Below, in pieces: positions 57,333 through 64,000 of a stretch of 64,000 nt of DNA. Under the pieces are notes generated by a model, which did not search any database, was not told the origin of the DNA, and saw nothing but the letters and a program-made list of their open reading frames with translations. The DNA is from an uncultured Gemmatimonadales bacterium. GTDB lineage: Bacteria > Gemmatimonadota > Gemmatimonadetes > Longimicrobiales > Longimicrobiaceae. The translations under genes and the position numbers were made by a program. Positions within the stretch are counted from its first letter, which is position 1. Each line of letters begins with the position of its first letter. The stretch is from NCBI GenBank assembly GCA_963716255.1, contig OY970303.1, positions 3,104,001 to 3,168,000 on the forward strand, written 5' to 3'.

Positions 57333-58076
57333 ATGTCCATCGGGAGCCACGAGGAGCTGGAGGCGCTGCGGCGCGTGGGGCGGGTGGTGCGGCGGGCGCT
57401 GGACGCCATGGAGCGCGAGGTGCGCCCGGGCGTCGCCACCGGCGACCTGGACCTCGTGGGCGCGCGGGTGCTGGAGGAGCACGGCGCCCGCTCGGCTCCG
57501 CACGTGGTGTACGGCTTCCCGGGGGCCATCTGCATCAGCGTCAACGACGAGGCGGTGCACGGCATTCCCGGAGGCCGCACGCTGCGGCCGGGCGACCTGG
57601 TGAAGCTGGACGTGACCGCGGAGCTGGACGGCTTCATGGCGGACGCCGCGGTCACCGTCCCGGTGGCGCCCGCGACGGAAACGGGGCGGCGCCTGGCGGC
57701 GTGCGCGCGGGTGGCGTTCGAGCAGGCGATGAAGGTGGCCCGCGCGGGCCGGCGGGTGAACGACATCGGGCGGGCGGTGGAGGCGGAGGTGGGGCGCCGC
57801 GGCTTCGCGGTGATCCGCGACCTGGCGGGCCACGGGATCGGCCGCACCATCCACGAGGAGCCCTCGGTCCCCAACTACTACGACTGGCGGGCCCGCGCGC
57901 CGCTCACCGAGGGGTTGGTGATCACGGTGGAGCCCATCGTGGCGGAGCGCACCGGCGACTGCGTGGAGGACGACGATGGGTGGACGGTGCGCACCGCCGA
58001 CGGCGGCTGGGTCGCGCACCACGAGCACACCCTGGTCATCACCCGCGGCCGCCCCATCCTGCTGACCGCCGCGTGA
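57333..58076 (+). CDS. map: type I methionine aminopeptidase
   Basis: CISVNDEAVHGIP, KLDV..DGFMAD, GHGIG..IHEEP, TVEP, HEHT. Confidence 0.96.
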   Translation: MSIGSHEELEALRRVGRVVRRALDAMEREVRPGVATGDLDLVGARVLEEHGARSAPHVVYGFPGAICISVNDEAVHGIPGGRTLRPGDLVKLDVTAELDGFMADAAVTVPVAPATETGRRLAACARVAFEQAMKVARAGRRVNDIGRAVEAEVGRRGFAVIRDLAGHGIGRTIHEEPSVPNYYDWRARAPLTEGLVITVEPIVAERTGDCVEDDDGWTVRTADGGWVAHHEHTLVITRGRPILLTAA

Positions 58077-58941
58077 CGTGCCCCCCGTCGCGGCCGCCCC
58101 TGCTGCGGGCCGCGCTGCTCCCGGCGCTCGCGCTCCTGGCCGCGGGGTGCGCGGCCGAGGCGCGCACGCCCCGCGCGGAGGCGCCCGCCGCGACGTGGGC
58201 GGAGGGCGGCCCGGCGCCGGACCTGTCCGCCGCCTTCGGGGCCACGCCGGGAACCCTGGTGGTGCTGGACGCGCGCACCGGGCGCGAGGCGCGCCACGAC
58301 GCGGAGCGGAGCCGCCGCCGGATGTCGCCGTTCTCCACCTTCAAGGTCGCCAACTCCCTCATCGCCCTGGAGACGGGCGCCATTCCGGGGACCGACTACC
58401 GGATGAAGTGGGACAGCATCCGCGACCCGCGCAGGCCGTTCATGCCCGCCTGGTACCAGGACCACGACATGCGCTCGGCGATGCGGGCCTCGGTGGTCTG
58501 GTACTACAAGGAGGTGGCGCGGCGGATCGGGCCGGAGCGCATGCGGGGGCACCTGGAGCGGGTCGGCTACGGCAACGCGGACATCTCCGGGGGGATCGAC
58601 CGCTTCTGGCTGGCCTCCTCGCTACGCATCTCGGCGGAAGAGCAGGTGGGCTTCCTGCGGCGCTTCCACGCGGGCGAGCTGTTCTCGCCGCGTACGACGC
58701 AGGCGGTCAAGGACATCCTGGTGCTGGAGGAGACGCCCGCGTACCGCCTCAGCGGCAAGACCGGCGGCGGGAGCGTGGACGGGCACGGTCTGGGGTGGCT
58801 GGTGGGCTACGTGGAGCGCGGCGGCAGCGTGTACTTCTTCGCGGCCAACGTGGACGGCAGGACTACGAGGCCATCGCCGACCGCCGGCACGAGGTGACGA
58901 GGGCGGCGCTGCGCGAGCTCGGAGTGCTGCCGGACCGCTGA
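58073..58941 (+). pseudogene. class D beta-lactamase-like lipoprotein with apparent frameshift near 58860
   Basis: STFK, SVV, YGN, FWL, KTG motifs; frame stops at 58897 while the expected terminal helix (RHEVTRAALRELGVL) lies in the -1 frame. Confidence 0.75.
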
Positions 58942-58965
58942 ACGGCCGGGTTAACTACTGGGTTC

Positions 58966-59094
58966 GGGCGTGCCCCCGGCTGTCGCCGGGGTCGGGCTTC
59001 GGCTCCGTAACGCACGAAACAACCGTGCGTAACGGAGTCGAGCCCCGGCAAACAGCCGCCGGGTCTCGCCCCTCCGGGCCGAAATCCCTCACGC
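58966..59094. repeat. ~130-nt structured dispersed repeat, copy 6
   Basis: Same conserved blocks. Confidence 0.9.
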
Positions 59095-59198
59095 GGGTTT
59101 CGCGCTGGCGTCCGCTGAGGGCCCCCACCCGGCGGCCTGAGAGCCGCCACCCTCCCCCAATTCTGGGGGAGGGCTGCCCGGGCCTCGCGGTCGCAGTG

Positions 59199-59242
59199 CT
59201 CCCCCTCTCCCGCTTGCGGGGGAGGGGGCCGGGGGGAGGGGG
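59199..59242. repeat. REP-like palindromic unit
   Basis: CCCCCTCTCCCGCTTGCGGGGGAGGGGGCCGGGGGGAGGGGG, related to 6925..7018. Confidence 0.7.
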
Positions 59243-59285
59243 CCGCCGTTGCCGTGCCCTGCCGTTCCCACATGATGTTGCGGAG

Positions 59286-59425
59286 GGAGACTCGCCGGCA
59301 GTTTGGCGAGGCTCACGGAGCCGGAGCGGAGACACCGGGGTAGTTTCCGGTGGCTCCGCGACCCGCGTAGGAAACAGGCCGGCAGTTTGGCCTGGTTCCG
59401 GAGCGGCCCCAACCACCAGGCCAAA
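59286..59425 (+). promoter_or_regulatory. three tandem covarying hairpins with GGYAGTTT loop plus competing helix, in leader of ABC operon
   Basis: Loops start at 59297, 59339 and 59381; stems differ in sequence but all pair. Confidence 0.65.
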
Positions 59426-59430
59426 TCGGA

Positions 59431-60468
59431 ATGCGGAAGCCAGCTCTCGGACTCGCCTTCATCGCCCTGACGACGCTCGCGGCCTGCACGGGCGGCGACG
59501 GGCGAAAGCCGCTCGTGGTCTACTCGCCGCACGGGAGCGACATGCTGGAGGCGTTCGAGAAGCGCTTCGAGCAGGCCCACCCGGACGTGGACGTGCAGGC
59601 GGTGGACATGGGATCGCAGGAGGTGCTGGACCGCCTGCGCTCGGAGCGGGCGAACCCGCAGGCGGACGTGTGGTGGGGCGCCCCGGCGAACACCTTCGAG
59701 GACGCCGCGCGCGACTCGCTGCTGGAGCGCTTCGTCCCCACCTGGGCGGCCTCGGTGCCGGCGGAGGCGAAGAGCGGCCAGGGGCTGTGGCACGGCACCT
59801 ACCTGACGCCGGAGGTGATCGCCTACAACACGCAGGCGATCCCCGCGGCGGAGGTGCCGCGCGACTGGGACGACGTGCTGGACCCGAAGTGGAAGGGCAA
59901 GGTCCTGGTGCGCGACCCCATGGCGAGCGGCACCATGCGCACCATCTTCGGGATGATCGTGCAGCGCGGGCTGCGCGAGACGGGCGACACGGCGGCGGGG
60001 TTCCAGTGGCTTCGGCGGCTGGACGGGCAGACCAGGGAGTACGTGCTGAACCCCACGCTGCTGTACCAGAAGCTGGCGCGGCAGGAGGGGGTGCTGACGC
60101 TCTGGGACATGCCGGACATCGAGGCGCTCAAGGCGAACACCAAGTTCCCCATCGACTACGTGATCCCCAGCAGCGGCACGCCGCTTTTGGTGGACGCGGT
60201 CGCCGTGGTGCGCGGCTCCAGGAACCCGGAGCTGGCGCGCGAGTTCGTGGAGTGGGTGGGCGGTGACGCGGGCATCCTCCCCGCCGCGCGCGAGTTCGGC
60301 CGGCTCCCCGCCCGCGCCGACGTGCCGGAGGACTCGCTCCCCGAGGGGCTGCGCCGCGTGAAGCGCGCCATGGTCGCCGAACCGATGGACTGGAAGCTCC
60401 TCCAGGAAAAGGGCCCGGAATGGATGCGGTACTGGGACGAGCACGTCCGCGGAAAAGGAACGCGCTGA
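59431..60468 (+). CDS. ABC transporter substrate-binding lipoprotein (Fe3+/AfuA-FbpA-like family)
   Basis: Lipobox LAAC, LVVYS, ERANPQADVWWG, P.DWDD.LDPKWKG, SGT. Confidence 0.9.
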   Translation: MRKPALGLAFIALTTLAACTGGDGRKPLVVYSPHGSDMLEAFEKRFEQAHPDVDVQAVDMGSQEVLDRLRSERANPQADVWWGAPANTFEDAARDSLLERFVPTWAASVPAEAKSGQGLWHGTYLTPEVIAYNTQAIPAAEVPRDWDDVLDPKWKGKVLVRDPMASGTMRTIFGMIVQRGLRETGDTAAGFQWLRRLDGQTREYVLNPTLLYQKLARQEGVLTLWDMPDIEALKANTKFPIDYVIPSSGTPLLVDAVAVVRGSRNPELAREFVEWVGGDAGILPAAREFGRLPARADVPEDSLPEGLRRVKRAMVAEPMDWKLLQEKGPEWMRYWDEHVRGKGTR

Positions 60469-60537
60469 TGCCCGCCCGCGAAGCGAACCCCGCACCGTTC
60501 ACGGACTTCGTACTGCGTACTCCGTACTTCCGTCGGC

Positions 60538-61617
60538 ATGCTGAGGCTCGATGAGCTGACCCGCCGCTTCGGCGACATCGTCGCGGTGGACGGCGTGTCG
60601 CTGGAGGTGGCCCCGGGCGAGTTCCTGACGCTGCTGGGCCCCAGCGGCTGCGGCAAGACTACCACGCTGCGGATGATCGCGGGGTTCGAGACGCCCACCG
60701 GCGGGCGCATCGTGCTGGAGGGGCGCGACGTGACCTCGCTCCCGCCGCAGGGCCGCGGCGTGGGGATGGTGTTCCAGAACTACGCGCTGTTCCCGCACAT
60801 GGACGTGGCGGAGAACGTGGCCTTCGGGCTTCTGGCGCGGGGCGCGCCGCGGGCCGAGGTCCCCGCCCGGGTGGAGCGCGCGCTGGAGCGGGTGGAGCTG
60901 GGGGGCTACGGGAAGCGGCGGGTGCAGGAGCTCTCCGGCGGGCAGCAGCAGCGGGTGGCGCTCGCCCGGGCCATGGCGCCGGAGCCGCGCCTGCTCCTGC
61001 TGGACGAGCCGCTCTCCAACCTGGACGCGGCGCTCCGCGAGCGGACCCGCTCGGAGCTGCGGTCGCTCCTCAAGGAGCTGGGGATCACGGCGGTGTTCGT
61101 GACGCACGACCAGGAGGAGGCGTTCGCCCTGTCGGACCGCATCGCGGTGCTGGAGCGCGGCCGTCTCCAGCAGGTGGGGACGCCGGAGGCGCTCTACGCG
61201 CGGCCCGCCAACCCGTTCGTGGCGGGGTTCCTGGGGCGCGCCTCGTTCCTGGCGGCGCGCGTGGAGTCGCGCCGCGAGCAGACGGCCACGTGCCTCTTTC
61301 CCGGCGGGGAGCGCTGGGATGCGCGCGTTCCCGTGGGGGTGGAGCTGAAGCCGGGCGACGCGGTGCGGCTCATGGCGCGGCCGGAGTCGCTGCGCATGCG
61401 GCGCGCGGCCGCCGGCGGCGGGCGCGGGGGCCGGGAGCTGGAGGGCCGGGTGGCGGAGCGGCGCTTCGCCGGGGCCGTCACCTTCTACCGGCTCGAGGCG
61501 GCGCGCGCGGAGGTGACGGTGCAGGGCGCCGGCGGGGAGGCGGAGGTGGGGGAGGCGGTGTACTTCCGCCCGCACGACGACGCGCTCCCCGTCGCCTTCC
61601 CCGCGGAGACGGGGTGA
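60538..61617 (+). CDS. ABC transporter ATP-binding protein (FbpC/PotA family)
   Basis: GPSGCGKTT, FQNYALFPH, LSGGQQQR, LLDEP, VTHDQEEA. Confidence 0.95.
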   Translation: MLRLDELTRRFGDIVAVDGVSLEVAPGEFLTLLGPSGCGKTTTLRMIAGFETPTGGRIVLEGRDVTSLPPQGRGVGMVFQNYALFPHMDVAENVAFGLLARGAPRAEVPARVERALERVELGGYGKRRVQELSGGQQQRVALARAMAPEPRLLLLDEPLSNLDAALRERTRSELRSLLKELGITAVFVTHDQEEAFALSDRIAVLERGRLQQVGTPEALYARPANPFVAGFLGRASFLAARVESRREQTATCLFPGGERWDARVPVGVELKPGDAVRLMARPESLRMRRAAAGGGRGGRELEGRVAERRFAGAVTFYRLEAARAEVTVQGAGGEAEVGEAVYFRPHDDALPVAFPAETG

Positions 61618-63290
61618 GCGAGGGCCGGCGGGTCGGGCGGGGGACGCTGCTGCTGGCGCTCCCCGTCGCGTTCCTTCTCCTCTGGCTGGTGCTGTACCCC
61701 AACCTGTTCGTGGTGCGGGACGGCCTGGTGGAGGGCGGGCGGCTCACCGGGGAGCACTGGCGGCGCTTCTGGGGGAGCGGCACGGAGCGGGGGGCGCTGT
61801 GGGCGAGCGTGTGGATCTCGACCCTCAGCGTGCTGCTCTCCGCCGCGGTGGGGGTGCCGCTGGCCTTTCTGTTCTCGCGCTGGGAGTTCCCGGGGCGGCG
61901 CGTGCTGGGCGGTCTGGCGGCGATGCCGGTGCTGCTCCCGCCGCTGGTGGGAACCATCTCCTTCCTGTTCCTGTACGGCGAGAGCGGGTTCCTGACGCGC
62001 GGCGTGCAGCTCCTGCTGGGGATGGCGGAGCCGCCCTGGCGGCTCGCGGGGCCGTGGGCGATCCTGCTGGTGCACGCGTACACCATGTACGTGTACTTCT
62101 ACCTGTTCACCGCGGCGGGGCTGTCGCGGCTGGACGCTTCCTACGCCGAGGCCGCGGCGGCGCTGGGAGCGGGCCGCTGGACGACGCTGCGCCGGGTGAC
62201 GCTGCCGCTGCTGGCGCCGGCGCTGGGGGGCGCGGGGCTGCTGGTGTTCATGACCAGCATGGCGTCGTTCAGCGCGCCGTACGTGTTCGGCGGGGGCTTC
62301 CGGGTGCTCACCACCCAGCTCTACGCCAGCAAGCTGAACGGCGAGGAGGGGCTGGTGGCGGTGGAGGCCACGGTGCTCGCGGTGACCTCGCTGCTCTTCC
62401 TGGTGCTGCTCCAGCGCTACGAGGGGGGACGCCAGTACACCGGCGCCTCCAAGGGCTCCGGGGCGGCGACCCGGAAGCGGAGCGGGCGGCCGGTGCTCCT
62501 GTCGCTGCTGGCGCTGGCGGGGGTGGGCTTCCTCCTCCTGCCGCACGCCACGGTGCTGCTGGTGTCCTTCGTCCCGGAGGGGACGTGGACCACGGAGATC
62601 TTCCCGCCGGAGTACTCCGCCGCGAGCTACCGGACGCTGTTCACCGACCCGGACCGGCTGGTGCCGGTGCTCAACTCGGTGCGCATGGCGACGGTGGCGA
62701 CGCTCGCCAACGTGGTGTTCGCCTTCGCGGCCGGGTACCTGCTGGCGCGGCGGCGCTTCCCGGGGCGGCGGCTGGTGGACGCGCTGGTGGTGCTCCCCTG
62801 GGCGCTCCCGGGGACGGTGCTGGCCATCGCCCTGGCGACCACCTTCAGCGTGCACCGGCCGCTCGCCGGGCGCTTCGTGCTGGTGGGGACGTTCGCGGTG
62901 CTCCCGCTGGCGTACTTCATCCGCAACGTCCCGCTGGTGACCCGCGCGGCGCTCACCTCCTTCCGCCAGCTCGATCCCTCGCTGGAGGAGGCCGCGGCCT
63001 CGCTGGGCGCGGGGCGCGCCACCGCGCTGCGCCGCGTGGTGCTCCCGCTGGTGCTCCCCGGGCTGGCCGCCGGGGCGCTGCTGGCGTGGGTGACCGCGCT
63101 GGGGGAGTTCGTCGCCTCCATCCTGCTGTACACGCACCGCACCCGCCCCATGTCGGTGGAGATGCTGGCCCGGCTGCGCGCCTTCGACTTCGGCGGGGCG
63201 GCGGCGTACGGGGTGCTCCTCATCGCCCTGGTGGCCGTGGCCTTCGTCTTCGGCTGGCGGCGCGTCAACGAGGAGCCCCCGGGCGGGTAG
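61614..63290 (+). CDS. ABC transporter permease, duplicated (FbpB-like)
   Basis: Two EAA loops (EAAAALGA, EEAAASLGA); GTG start coupled to ATPase stop. Confidence 0.93.
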   Translation: MSEGRRVGRGTLLLALPVAFLLLWLVLYPNLFVVRDGLVEGGRLTGEHWRRFWGSGTERGALWASVWISTLSVLLSAAVGVPLAFLFSRWEFPGRRVLGGLAAMPVLLPPLVGTISFLFLYGESGFLTRGVQLLLGMAEPPWRLAGPWAILLVHAYTMYVYFYLFTAAGLSRLDASYAEAAAALGAGRWTTLRRVTLPLLAPALGGAGLLVFMTSMASFSAPYVFGGGFRVLTTQLYASKLNGEEGLVAVEATVLAVTSLLFLVLLQRYEGGRQYTGASKGSGAATRKRSGRPVLLSLLALAGVGFLLLPHATVLLVSFVPEGTWTTEIFPPEYSAASYRTLFTDPDRLVPVLNSVRMATVATLANVVFAFAAGYLLARRRFPGRRLVDALVVLPWALPGTVLAIALATTFSVHRPLAGRFVLVGTFAVLPLAYFIRNVPLVTRAALTSFRQLDPSLEEAAASLGAGRATALRRVVLPLVLPGLAAGALLAWVTALGEFVASILLYTHRTRPMSVEMLARLRAFDFGGAAAYGVLLIALVAVAFVFGWRRVNEEPPGG

Positions 63291-63375
63291 CGCCCCGTGG
63301 GCCACTCCGCGCCCTGGCGCGGGAGGTGCGGGAAAGTTCCGGGAGTCGTTCCACCTGTCACCCTGGAGTACCGCC

Positions 63376-64000
63376 ATGCGTCCCACCCCCCTGCGCGCGG
63401 CGGCCGCCCTGGCCGTGCTCGCCGCGCTCGCCCCGGATCTCCCCGCCCAGTCGGTGGCCGCCCGGCTCCCGGCCGGCCCCGCGCAGACGCAGACGCCGCG
63501 AGACTCGGCGCGCACCCTGGGCTCCGCCCGCTCGGCGCAGGCGGCGTTCGAGCGGCTGCGCTTCCGCTTCCTCCCGTGGACGGAGGATGGCGGGGCGCCG
63601 GACCGCTGCGACGAGCGCATCGGGCGCTTCTGCCTGTGGCACGACGACGGCGACGAGACCGACTGGGTGCCGCCCCCGGAGCCCGAGCAGGTGAAGCAGG
63701 GGCGCGAGGCGCTCATCGCGCGCCTGGCCCAGGCCGCGGCGCAGTACCCGGGCGACCAGTGGGTGGCGGGGCAGCGGGTGCGCTACCTGGTGGAGGCCGG
63801 CCGCGCGGACGAGGCGGTGGCCGCCGCGCGGGAGTGCCGGGCCGGCTGGTGGTGCGGGGCGCTGGAGGGCTACGCGCTGCACCTGGCGGGAAAGACGGAA
63901 TCCGCCGACTCGGCCTTTTCCGCCTCGCTGGCGGGGATGCCCGACAGGGAGCGCACGGAGTGGACGGACGTGAGCCCGCTCCTCCCCGACGGCGACCTGC
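63376..64000 (+). CDS. hypothetical exported protein (runs off window end)
   Basis: GGAG RBS; MRPTPLRAAAALAVLAALAPDLPAQ signal peptide; frame appears open to end; CDERIGRFCLW. Confidence 0.7.
   Translation, partial: MRPTPLRAAAALAVLAALAPDLPAQSVAARLPAGPAQTQTPRDSARTLGSARSAQAAFERLRFRFLPWTEDGGAPDRCDERIGRFCLWHDDGDETDWVPPPEPEQVKQGREALIARLAQAAAQYPGDQWVAGQRVRYLVEAGRADEAVAAARECRAGWWCGALEGYALHLAGKTESADSAFSASLAGMPDRERTEWTDVSPLLPDGDL

Noticed and set aside
53351..57874. 1507-aa minus-strand ORF and similar long ORFs (2932..5721, 8151..10868, 12217..15351, 34250..38362, 48682..51969)
   Set aside because: Arg/Pro/Gly-rich shadow frames of real genes in high-GC DNA; only 53351..54460 looks genuinely coding.
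59286..59399. CRISPR mini-array
   Set aside because: Units vary in the stems rather than having identical repeats with unique spacers; no cas genes in the window.

Overview
Very GC-rich bacterial chromosome segment spanning the replication origin. A Gemmatimonadota/Longimicrobium-like source is inferred from gene order and repeat style only. The conserved core is dnaN-oriC-dnaA / rpmH-rnpA-yidD-yidC-(multicopper oxidase)-mnmE ... mnmG-parA-parB-M23-bactofilin, with two perfect parS sites and a second DnaA-box cluster. Five accessory signals stand out. (1) A Ro60/TROVE-ORF-RtcB RNA-repair operon is preceded by a near-consensus sigma70 promoter and a ~1 kb structured non-coding leader. The leader holds several Y-RNA-like elements, one of them a tRNA-ordered mimic with an open acceptor stem carrying the alanine identity elements G3.U70/A73 and a Ro60-type bulged-C helix in place of the anticodon arm. 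(2) A low-GC five-gene Qat-like defence operon next to dnaN lacks the QatA ATPase and carries a restriction-endonuclease-like gene plus an extra ORF. (3) A TerY-P triad has a kinase fused to membrane helices and two TonB-C-like domains. (4) Three covarying hairpins with an exact 42-nt period and a competing helix sit in front of an Fe3+-type ABC transporter. (5) Six copies of a ~130-nt covarying structured intergenic repeat are present. All calls were made by eye from motifs; no database searches were run, and start codons are my best estimates.
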